NCBI GenBank assembly: GCA_014728035.1
Contig: WJMJ01000101.1
Coordinates: forward strand, 57,358 to 121,357
From: Promethearchaeota archaeon
GTDB lineage: Archaea; Asgardarchaeota; Thorarchaeia; Thorarchaeales; Thorarchaeaceae
DNA: 64,000 nt
Direction of reading: 5' to 3'
The notes under the pieces are model-generated. The model saw only the letters and a program-made list of their open reading frames with translations. It did no database searches and had not been told where the DNA came from. Positions 46,314 to 54,773 of this stretch are shown in pieces. Positions within the stretch are counted from its first letter, which is position 1. The number at the start of each line of letters is the position of its first letter. The position numbers and the translations under genes are program-made.

Positions 46314-47378
46314 ATGGATCGTATTGCACTAGCACCAAATGTGAAACGAAAAAGACGTAAGCTCATACTGAACGCGTTTGAAGCACCAAAGCCAATAAAA
46401 TTAAGAATTCGACAGGCACAATGCCCAGGTGATATAGTCGCACTTACAGCAGCTATCCGAGATTTACATATATGCTATCCGCGCTGGTTTATAACAGATG
46501 TAAGGACTACGGCAGAATCCATATTTGAGAATAATCCGTACGTTACTAAAATTGATTTGGATGATAAGGATGTCATAGAATATGTAGCTAGTTATGAATT
46601 GGTACACTCCAGCTGTGAAGGTGCTCACCATTTCATCCATGGATTTATTAAAGATTTCAACGACTGTTTTGGATTAAACATAGAAGCTACAGCCTTAAAG
46701 GGTGATATTCATATCAGTGATCAGGAGAAATCCTGGTTTAGTCAGATATATGAGATACTTGGTAAGGACGTTCCCTATTGGATTATTAATGCTGGCAGTA
46801 AAAGCGATTATACTTGTAAGCAATGGGAACAAACCAGATTCCAAGAAGTTGTTGATGCATTGCCTGATATTACTTTCGTGCAAGTGGGGGCAAAAGATGA
46901 TGGCCATAATCACAACTCACTGCATGGCGACAATGTAATAGATCTAGTCGGCAAGACTGATATTAGACAACTAATCAGGCTGGTATATCATTCAGCCGGT
47001 GCACTCACATGCGTCAGCTTTTTGATGCATTTGACTGCTGCAATAGAGATGCATCCTCGATATCGCAGACGAAACAGACCATGTGTAGTTCTTGCCGGTG
47101 GTAGGGAACCAAGTATTTGGGAGATGTATACAAATCACGCATATTTACACACTTGTGGCATGCTTCCATGCTGTGACAATGGTGGATGTTGGTGTAGCCG
47201 AGTTGAACCCATAGGTGATGGCGATTCAAAGGATAGAGAAAATTTATGTCTGCTGCCGGTTGTGGGCAAAAGTGGGCAGAAAATACCATCGTGCATGGAT
47301 CTCATTAATGTGGAAGAAGTAGTCAATAAGATAAAAATGTATCATTTAATGTACAATTATAATCTGGAGACAAAATGA
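46314..47378 (+). CDS. GT9-like glycosyltransferase
   Basis: PGDIVALTAAIRDL, GGREP, CCDNGGCW; paralog of 3573..4742. Confidence 0.8.
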   Translation: MDRIALAPNVKRKRRKLILNAFEAPKPIKLRIRQAQCPGDIVALTAAIRDLHICYPRWFITDVRTTAESIFENNPYVTKIDLDDKDVIEYVASYELVHSSCEGAHHFIHGFIKDFNDCFGLNIEATALKGDIHISDQEKSWFSQIYEILGKDVPYWIINAGSKSDYTCKQWEQTRFQEVVDALPDITFVQVGAKDDGHNHNSLHGDNVIDLVGKTDIRQLIRLVYHSAGALTCVSFLMHLTAAIEMHPRYRRRNRPCVVLAGGREPSIWEMYTNHAYLHTCGMLPCCDNGGCWCSRVEPIGDGDSKDRENLCLLPVVGKSGQKIPSCMDLINVEEVVNKIKMYHLMYNYNLETK

Positions 47379-48439
47379 AAATCGGCATATTCAGCAAATT
47401 GGGTGCTTCCGGTGGATCTGAACATCGATGTGCAGAAATGGCCAATGGAATTGTCAGACATACCGACCATTCGTGCACCATACTCTGTGAAAAGGATCTT
47501 AATAGGCATATAGAAGATAAATTGGATGATAGGATAAATATTATTAAACGTGTGTTTAAACCCAAGCCAGAAAACGTTGAATGCCTGTATGACTTTGATA
47601 GTTTGCTTATAGTTAATAGTGATAGCTATTCATTTGCTAAGGCAGATTATTGGTTGGGTAAAACTGAACACCATGATTATGAGGTTGATTTATCACGTAT
47701 CAAGCAGATGGCTTTCTTATTTAATTTTGTAATATCACCATCCAAAAAGTTGGCATCACTAGAAAAATATGTTGATGATCTACGTATTATTTGTGCAAAT
47801 AAGAAATTTTTCCATCATATTACAGAGAAGAGTGGACATGCATGTGTTAGACACTTACCCAGAATTACACTTGATAGCCCAATTGATCCAGAATCTATAA
47901 CTGATGTCAAGACTAACAGCGATAAGATACGCATTGGCAAACATTCTAAGGCGCACGGTTATAAATTCAACGAAGAACATAAAAAGCTAATAGATATGGT
48001 CAATGATAAATATGGTGATAAGGTATCATGGGATTTTCTTGGCGTTCCTAGCGATCGTGCTGCCGAAATCTGTGATATTCCTAATGTAACAATCAGGAAG
48101 GAATATTCAGTGCCTGTTGGGGATTATCTCAGAGACATTGACATATTCTTGTTCTTCATTTCATGGGGTAGAAATGAGCCTTGGTCACGGGCTGTTGCAG
48201 AGGGACTTATGGCTGGTTGTCCAGTGCTAGCAACAAACAAAGCCGGAAATCTTGATCAAATATTACATGGTAATAATGGTTATCTATGTGATGATTTAGA
48301 CGGCTTTTACAAATGGCTGTGTTATTTGATAGAAAATCCAGATATGATTAATAAATTAGGTCGTAACGGAAGAATATACTCAAAGAGTTTTTCTTCAGCA
48401 AACATTATTCGACAGTATATAGAATTCATAACTGCATGA
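47375..48439 (+). CDS. GT4 (GT-B retaining) glycosyltransferase
   Basis: GGSE; EPWSRAVAEGLMAGCPVLAT (EX7E); NNGYL. Confidence 0.85.
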   Translation: MKIGIFSKLGASGGSEHRCAEMANGIVRHTDHSCTILCEKDLNRHIEDKLDDRINIIKRVFKPKPENVECLYDFDSLLIVNSDSYSFAKADYWLGKTEHHDYEVDLSRIKQMAFLFNFVISPSKKLASLEKYVDDLRIICANKKFFHHITEKSGHACVRHLPRITLDSPIDPESITDVKTNSDKIRIGKHSKAHGYKFNEEHKKLIDMVNDKYGDKVSWDFLGVPSDRAAEICDIPNVTIRKEYSVPVGDYLRDIDIFLFFISWGRNEPWSRAVAEGLMAGCPVLATNKAGNLDQILHGNNGYLCDDLDGFYKWLCYLIENPDMINKLGRNGRIYSKSFSSANIIRQYIEFITA

Positions 48440-49218
48440 ACACGTTCGTATTAACAGCCTGTAATGATGAGCACAGTAAACGAATCGATCTATGTATAAA
48501 AGCGATACGCAAATTCACTGATGACAATATTATTGTCATCACCACTAGATCCAACGTAGATATTAAAAATGATAAAGTTATACGATATAAATGTCCACAT
48601 AGATATAATGATGTACAATGTAGTAGGATATTAAAAACGGGCGCTATTAATATTATTGATGAGCATTATGGTCTGGATGGACGCTATTGCTATATAGATA
48701 ATGATGTTTTTGCTGTATCTGATGACTCTTCGTCAATATTTGATTTATATCAGCCACCAATCACATTTGGTTCAGATCCAGGTAAAACAGTTGCGAAATT
48801 TTCTGGTTATGCGATGCGCAAGGGAAAATTACAAGATAAAATTCGTGAGAAATTCGATATAGATGTTGATTTAGACTGGCATATATGGAATGGCGGGTTA
48901 TTTTTATTTGATAAGCAGTCACATGACTTTCTCAACACGTGGTACAATTATACTCTTGCGATATTTGATGATAAGGAATGGTCAGACCGAGATCAGGGTA
49001 CTCTAATTGCTGCGGTTTGGAAGCATAAGCTTGAATCACATTATACCCTACCTCGTGAATATAATTGGCTGCATAAATTACAAGGTGGTCTCAGACCTAA
49101 AGACGACCATTTTGATACCAAATGGGGTGATCGAGTTCGATTTGTTCATTTTCCTATTACTTATGGTGACGATAAATACAAGTCGTGGAAAACTTTGATG
49201 GGGATTTTAGAATGCTAG
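48436..49218 (+). CDS. GT8-like (GT-A) glycosyltransferase
   Basis: YIDND, NGGLFLF, DQGTL, YNW, FVHF. Confidence 0.75.
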   Translation: MNTFVLTACNDEHSKRIDLCIKAIRKFTDDNIIVITTRSNVDIKNDKVIRYKCPHRYNDVQCSRILKTGAINIIDEHYGLDGRYCYIDNDVFAVSDDSSSIFDLYQPPITFGSDPGKTVAKFSGYAMRKGKLQDKIREKFDIDVDLDWHIWNGGLFLFDKQSHDFLNTWYNYTLAIFDDKEWSDRDQGTLIAAVWKHKLESHYTLPREYNWLHKLQGGLRPKDDHFDTKWGDRVRFVHFPITYGDDKYKSWKTLMGILEC

Positions 49219-50597
49219 ATAAATTGATTAAGATGCAAGAGTCTTTGGCTGGTAAGACAATGAATCGGTGGGATTATGTACATCTGGCAGCACAGACGGC
49301 TGGTGTAAAGGCAGACAAGATTGTGGAGGTTGGCGTTTTTAGGGGTGAAATGTCACATAATCTGCGTAGGTTATTCCCAGATGCTGAGTTGTACCTCATA
49401 GACCCATGGTTAAGACATGATGAATATAATACTGGTCCCGCAGGCAATGCATATAGCCGCACAGGCATCAAAAAACAAAACGGCTATGATAAGATATATG
49501 ACGATGTGTGTGCAATGTTTGAAGGTGATAGCAAGACACATGTTATTCGTGGGTTTTCTAAAGAGGTATCATCGCTTATACCAGATGATCTAGATATAGT
49601 GTTTATTGACGCAAACCATGCGTATGAGCATGTGAAAGATGATATTAATATTTGGCTTCCCAAAGTCAAGAAAAATGGTTTACTGTGTGGTCATGATTAT
49701 CGGTGTTGGAGTGGTGTGACACAAGCGGTATCAGAGATGTTGAATTATGTGGCCTCTGGTAGAAACAAGGGCGATGTGTGGGTATCACCCAAAGTTGATC
49801 CAAGATATGAAGGTGATAATGTAGTTGTTCTAATTGCCTTTGGTGAAGTGTATCAAAATCTCGCTCGGATGCTTGTTAATAGCCTAAGGGCATTTGGATA
49901 TGATGAAGATATCATAGTATTTACTGACAAAAAGGTTGATATCGACGGAGCCATCGTCGACCCGATCATTGGTACTGATCGTCAGGAATATATTAGGAAT
50001 AAACAAGACCGGAAGATCTTTAGAAACACAACCGACGACCACGAATTTGATTATATCATGGCACGTACATGTATAGATTTATTTATGGATGTCTCTAAAT
50101 ATAGATATATCATGTATCTTGATTGTGATGTTCTTGCTGCTGGTAATATCAAGCCATTGTTTTATCGTGATGAAGAACGTGTACTGTGTATAGGACAGAA
50201 ACGCAGAACATTGATGGGTGGATGCGGCGAACATCTATTCGACAAATTATCAGCAAACGATCAAAATGCGGCTAAGAAACGCATCAAATCCAATGCTGGT
50301 GTGATTGGAATACCATCACACATGGCCAGCAAGATATTTTCTGAATGGCGTAATTTATATAAGCAGTACGTTGGTAAAGATATCATAGTTGATGGTGGTA
50401 AACAACTAAATGATGAACATATTTTGAACTACATGATAGCACGCGGAGACTTTGAACGTGTTCATGATGAACGTGTTGGGTATAATAAACGACGTAATGG
50501 TAAATTATTATATCATTTTATAGGTAAGGTGTCCAAATCCCAGGCAGAACAGACGGAGTTTTATAATCAGTATGTTGAAGATCATTTACTACGGTGA
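49212..50597 (+). CDS. Class I SAM methyltransferase fused to a GT8-like glycosyltransferase
   Basis: VEVGVFRG, IDPW, FIDANHAYE, GHDY; then YLDCD, NAGV, NDEHILN, YHF. Confidence 0.8.
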   Translation: MLDKLIKMQESLAGKTMNRWDYVHLAAQTAGVKADKIVEVGVFRGEMSHNLRRLFPDAELYLIDPWLRHDEYNTGPAGNAYSRTGIKKQNGYDKIYDDVCAMFEGDSKTHVIRGFSKEVSSLIPDDLDIVFIDANHAYEHVKDDINIWLPKVKKNGLLCGHDYRCWSGVTQAVSEMLNYVASGRNKGDVWVSPKVDPRYEGDNVVVLIAFGEVYQNLARMLVNSLRAFGYDEDIIVFTDKKVDIDGAIVDPIIGTDRQEYIRNKQDRKIFRNTTDDHEFDYIMARTCIDLFMDVSKYRYIMYLDCDVLAAGNIKPLFYRDEERVLCIGQKRRTLMGGCGEHLFDKLSANDQNAAKKRIKSNAGVIGIPSHMASKIFSEWRNLYKQYVGKDIIVDGGKQLNDEHILNYMIARGDFERVHDERVGYNKRRNGKLLYHFIGKVSKSQAEQTEFYNQYVEDHLLR

Positions 50598-51426
50598 TTG
50601 GCATGGCCAAGTTGCTCAAAGATTATTTGACCATCTTAAAAGTAAGAACATTGATGTAGAGTTATCATGCGAATCTAATTTTAAAAGTGGTGATAAGACA
50701 TTTGAGACACGTAAAGTAATCTATATAGAGGATGATTCTGCCGGTGGATATTATGTTCTAGATTTCAAAGATATGCTTGGTTATAAGAATAATTTTGTTG
50801 TAAGAGAAGTGGTTCATGATGACAGATGCTTCAAAATATTAAAAAGCCAATATCGTAAAGACCATTACATTGACCCACCATACAATAAGATAATTCCATT
50901 TACATACTTCGAGAAGAATCCAGAACTAGTACAATCATTGAGATTGAAAGATGGCCCATCCAAAAGCATTAAAAAGATGTTTTTTAGAGGACAACCATGG
51001 AAAAACAGAAACAAGGTACTAGATAGGATAGACGACATAATTATCCCCAATAGGCTTACTTCCATTGAAGATTACTATAATGATATGAGAAGTCATTGGA
51101 TTGGATTGGCATTACCTGGGTGGGGCAACATATGTCATAGAGAACTTGAATATTTTGCTTTTGATATTGCTGTAATAATGCCAAAGCTGAAAAATACATT
51201 TCATAATGATCTAATACCAGATTATCATTATATATCAGTAGATGTAAATACTACAAAGGATAAATCAAAAGTTATAGCAAGTGGTATCCGTGATGCTTAT
51301 GAATCTGTGGTAGATGATAGAGACAAATTAAACGAAGTAATTAGTAATGCACGTAGGTGGTATGAAGAAAATGTTATGTTTCCAAATAGTATAAAATTAA
51401 TAACAACATTACTGGGTATAATTTAA
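50572..51426 (+). CDS. GT-B glycosyltransferase (GT47/GT90-like)
   Basis: MFFRG, LALPGWGNICHRELE, LIPDYHYI. Confidence 0.6.
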   Translation: MLKIIYYGDWHGQVAQRLFDHLKSKNIDVELSCESNFKSGDKTFETRKVIYIEDDSAGGYYVLDFKDMLGYKNNFVVREVVHDDRCFKILKSQYRKDHYIDPPYNKIIPFTYFEKNPELVQSLRLKDGPSKSIKKMFFRGQPWKNRNKVLDRIDDIIIPNRLTSIEDYYNDMRSHWIGLALPGWGNICHRELEYFAFDIAVIMPKLKNTFHNDLIPDYHYISVDVNTTKDKSKVIASGIRDAYESVVDDRDKLNEVISNARRWYEENVMFPNSIKLITTLLGII

Positions 51427-51618
51427 ATCATCAATACATTTATTAGAGCATGATGCTCGTATGCGTTTTTGTTTTCGTATAAAATCAAGTCTACCATTGC
51501 ATAATGGGCAAGAGACCTCGCCTATAATATCATCATCTAACCTGTTCATCTCTGATAGATGTGATAAAATAGTATTTATTGCCAAACTTCGTTTATTGGT
51601 ATATGTATCCATTATCAT
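51409..51618 (-). CDS. Small Zn-ribbon protein
   Basis: CPLC...CSNKC. Confidence 0.55.
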   Translation of the reverse strand: MIMDTYTNKRSLAINTILSHLSEMNRLDDDIIGEVSCPLCNGRLDFIRKQKRIRASCSNKCIDDLNYTQ

Positions 51619-52334
51619 CTGACAAATTCATCCACAAGTGTATTGCAAGCACTGGGTCTGTGTGCCCTATCTGCGTCAATGTTGTTGAGCGATGATAATT
51701 GTTTACCAATAAATCCAGATATCCATTCAACAGCATGATTATGAGATTTAACAAAGAATTCAGCATCAACATCAAAATAATGTTTTGGTTTATAGCTGTT
51801 CATCATGCGCAATTGATAGAGTATGCTTGAGGCACGCATCTCAATTGGATCCAAACAATCACATTGAACACCCCATGAATTTAAATTGTCGCTAATATGC
51901 CAGCGACTCATGATGTGCATTGGATTTTTACTCCAATACAAGTACTTGGCATTGGGGAATATACTAATAATCCACGGCAACGAGAATATTGTTTCCGGTA
52001 ATTTCCACCCCACCATACCATCATGGCCTAACAATGGATATAGGTATTCATATAAATAACGCATATATGATTCGGTTGGTGGCATGTTCTTGATATGCCA
52101 CTGTAATGGCGGTACATATTCCACACATAGGCCAAATTCCTTGGCCGCATCATACATGTGATCCGCAGGAACCATGTCATAACTATCGTTGGTGTTACCC
52201 AAAAACACACCATTTTTCGATAGTAATTGTGTTATTAATCTGGTTCCAGAATGGCCCCGACCAACAATTATGACTGTAGATGGGTTGTTTAATCTATCTA
52301 GCTCATACCTTAAATTCATTTTCTTCTCTAACAA
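51615..52334 (-). CDS. Sulfotransferase family protein
   Basis: IVGRGHSGTRL, GWKLP, FPNAKYL..SKNP. Confidence 0.75.
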   Translation of the reverse strand: MLEKKMNLRYELDRLNNPSTVIIVGRGHSGTRLITQLLSKNGVFLGNTNDSYDMVPADHMYDAAKEFGLCVEYVPPLQWHIKNMPPTESYMRYLYEYLYPLLGHDGMVGWKLPETIFSLPWIISIFPNAKYLYWSKNPMHIMSRWHISDNLNSWGVQCDCLDPIEMRASSILYQLRMMNSYKPKHYFDVDAEFFVKSHNHAVEWISGFIGKQLSSLNNIDADRAHRPSACNTLVDEFVR

Positions 52335-52542
52335 TTACCCGAATATTAAACAACTCAGATGACTCTGATTCGTGTGATACTTGTAGCCTAATATCTACCT
52401 CCCTTTTGATATGCTTGGATAGAGTATTGGCTATTTCACCTTCCAGCCAATGTTGGATTGATTCAGTATTTCGCGAAGTATTGAGTAATTCGGCCAAACT
52501 TTCACGAACAGCTTTCCTAACAATGTCGTTATCAATTTGCAT
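52303..52542 (-). CDS. Hypothetical protein
   Basis: Probable start MQIDND at 52542. Confidence 0.5.
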   Translation of the reverse strand: MQIDNDIVRKAVRESLAELLNTSRNTESIQHWLEGEIANTLSKHIKREVDIRLQVSHESESSELFNIRVIVREENEFKV

Positions 52543-52756
52543 TGGCGGATACCTTAATCGCCTCCATTCCTTTTCGTCCTTTGGCAACTTCAAAAGATAC
52601 CCTCTGCCCATCTTTTAACGTTTTGAATCCATCCATGAGAATATTGGAATGATGAACAAACAAATCTTCGCTTTTGTCATCTGGAACGATAAATCCATAA
52701 CCCTTTTTGTCATTGAACCACTTCACTTTGCCAGTCACTTCTTTCTCCTTAATCAA
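52532..52756 (-). CDS. csp: Cold-shock domain protein (CspA family)
   Basis: GKVKWFNDKKGYGFI, DLFVHHS, GFKTL. Confidence 0.95.
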   Translation of the reverse strand: MIKEKEVTGKVKWFNDKKGYGFIVPDDKSEDLFVHHSNILMDGFKTLKDGQRVSFEVAKGRKGMEAIKVSANAN

Positions 52757-53229
52757 CTACGTCTCATCAATTCTGACTTCGATAACGTTACGAAATCATT
52801 TATTGCCACCATTGTTCTATGATCTTCAGACCAGTCTTCATATATAATTTTACCAGACCAATTGTGGTCTAGTATGAACTGTTGAACTATGCTGAGATCA
52901 CCGGTAAAATCTGTTACGTCCACACCCACCACATCCCCAAATTTAGATATTCTAATCCATTTAGATCGTATCTTTTCATATGCCTTTAGTAAATTGGTAT
53001 CATTATCTGGATATTCTGCTGTTTCATATAGTTGCTTTAAAGCCGATTGCTCTTCGTCTGTCAACTTGAATAATTCTTTGTTTTCATAGGCATATATGAA
53101 TCCAATATGGTCATTTGATCCATCACCAATATCCTCTGATATATTTATTACATCGCCACTCATTCTATTAATAAAGTATGCTTTGCGATCTACCATATTG
53201 ATCGCTTCGTGTAACTTTTCTTCGAACAT
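52753..53229 (-). CDS. Hypothetical protein
   Basis: 158 aa, GAGGA RBS. Confidence 0.65.
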   Translation of the reverse strand: MFEEKLHEAINMVDRKAYFINRMSGDVINISEDIGDGSNDHIGFIYAYENKELFKLTDEEQSALKQLYETAEYPDNDTNLLKAYEKIRSKWIRISKFGDVVGVDVTDFTGDLSIVQQFILDHNWSGKIIYEDWSEDHRTMVAINDFVTLSKSELMRRS

Positions 53230-53326
53230 AATATTGTATCCTCATGATTGTATCCTCACTCTGTATATATCTTTTCCTTGATGATTGTGACTAGTATTGT
53301 CAAATATATTGGTAAGGAGATAGATT

Positions 53327-54757
53327 ATGGATGTTGTAGCCAGATTATCTGGTGTGGTCGCTTATGCCGATGGTTCACATCAATCATTTGCTGTAATGAT
53401 GGACGATGAGGGCAGAATATCATATAATGACAGCACGGAATCCAATGATGCAATCGCCCAGGCGCAGGATGATACCACTTGGCTTCAGGATATGATGAAT
53501 TTGCTTGTGTATAATATCCCTTATCTATTCGGTCTGAAGGGACTCAAGTTCTACGGGATAACCAGCAGTAGCTCGTCAAGCATGTCATCAAGCCTATCAT
53601 CAAGCAGCTTATCAAGTAGTTCTAGTACTTCATCATCAAGTTCGTTATCTAGTTCAAGTTCGTCCTCCAGCTTGATATCAAGTAGTAGCTCATCAAGCCT
53701 ATCTTCAAGCTCATTATCGAGCAGTATTAGTTCAAGTAGCTCATCCAGTTATAGCTCAAGTTCATCCTCATCAAGTGTGATATCAAGTTCGAGTTCAAGC
53801 TCGTCATTGTCCTCATCTAGTTCATTGTCCAGTTCTCTATCTAGCTCAAGCTCTAGTTTGTCGAGTAGTTCTTCAAGTTCACAGTCATCATCTAGCTCAT
53901 TATCGTCATCTAGTTCATCATCTAGCTCGTCCAGTTCACAAATATCTAGTTCATCAAGTTCATTGTCTAGTTCAAGCTCGTTATCTAGTTCGTCTAGTTC
54001 TAGCCTTTCTAGCTCAAGTTCTAGCCTATCAAGCAGTTCATCTAGCTCTCAATCATCGTCTAGTTCTTCATCGTCAAGTAGTAGTAAGACCATACTGTGG
54101 GGCGGCGATAGCACATTGATCGCCCAAGAATCTAATATAAAATTGTATTTCCCATTTGAAGAATCTGCTGATCCATATTATGATGCAGTAAATGGTACAG
54201 AAACTCTCACAGATGCCGGTGGTGGTACTTCATTGGATGTTGCTGGTAAAGTTGGTAGAGCGGTAAGAGTACGTCATAGCTCAACACCACCAACAGATAT
54301 TATCAACACATGGGGCAGCGATTATATTGCTGCCAGCGATGACGCTACATGGAGTTTTTGGTTACGTACACCATCGAGTGGGACTGGAACTTTCATGTAT
54401 ATATTTTACCCGGCAACGGGGTATGTCCTTATTCCAGTTGCGGCCACATCAGTAAATATCTCTGATGATAATGGGCAGACTTATAATTTCTCAATACCAG
54501 CGATTGACGATGATGGATGGCATTGCTTCAGTTTGGTGATGCCCAATGCGTCAAATGCTACTCTATATATGGATGGATCATTACAGGACACAGCGGATAA
54601 GGTTCTTGAATTTCCCATCTCATCCGGTGATGCAATGGATATTGGAACTAGTTCTAGATATAATGCTGATCTTGATAGTTTTGGTATTTGGGCTAGTGCC
54701 TGGGGATTATCAGAACACCAAGCGTTTTATAATAGTGGCTCCGGGATAGCACGCTAA
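53327..54757 (+). CDS. Poly-Ser stalk protein with C-terminal LamG domain
   Basis: 174-aa Ser tract; LYFPFEE, WSFWL, GWHCFSLV, LYMDG, YNSGSG. Confidence 0.8.
   Translation: MDVVARLSGVVAYADGSHQSFAVMMDDEGRISYNDSTESNDAIAQAQDDTTWLQDMMNLLVYNIPYLFGLKGLKFYGITSSSSSSMSSSLSSSSLSSSSSTSSSSSLSSSSSSSSLISSSSSSSLSSSSLSSSISSSSSSSYSSSSSSSSVISSSSSSSSLSSSSSLSSSLSSSSSSLSSSSSSSQSSSSSLSSSSSSSSSSSSQISSSSSSLSSSSSLSSSSSSSLSSSSSSLSSSSSSSQSSSSSSSSSSSKTILWGGDSTLIAQESNIKLYFPFEESADPYYDAVNGTETLTDAGGGTSLDVAGKVGRAVRVRHSSTPPTDIINTWGSDYIAASDDATWSFWLRTPSSGTGTFMYIFYPATGYVLIPVAATSVNISDDNGQTYNFSIPAIDDDGWHCFSLVMPNASNATLYMDGSLQDTADKVLEFPISSGDAMDIGTSSRYNADLDSFGIWASAWGLSEHQAFYNSGSGIAR
53564..54085 (+). repeat. Poly-serine coding tract (174 aa)
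   Basis: Direct translation. Confidence 0.95.
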
Positions 54758-54773
54758 CCTAATCGGATTATAA

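Larger units (their letters stand above)
966..53308. promoter_or_regulatory. Recurrent AAAnATA motif upstream of gene starts (putative phage late promoter); span gives the first and last copies
   Basis: + strand: 966, 3279, 12272, 14941, 16677, 21827, 22670, 23433, 26947, 34534, 36864, 40138, 42918, 43767, 45296, 53301; - strand: 12253-60, 43741-48, 53268-75. Confidence 0.65.

Noticed and set aside
53233-53258. 12-nt duplication ATTGTATCCTCA
   Set aside because: Real, but simply duplicates the RBS of the 53229 gene; likely slippage with no further evidence of function.
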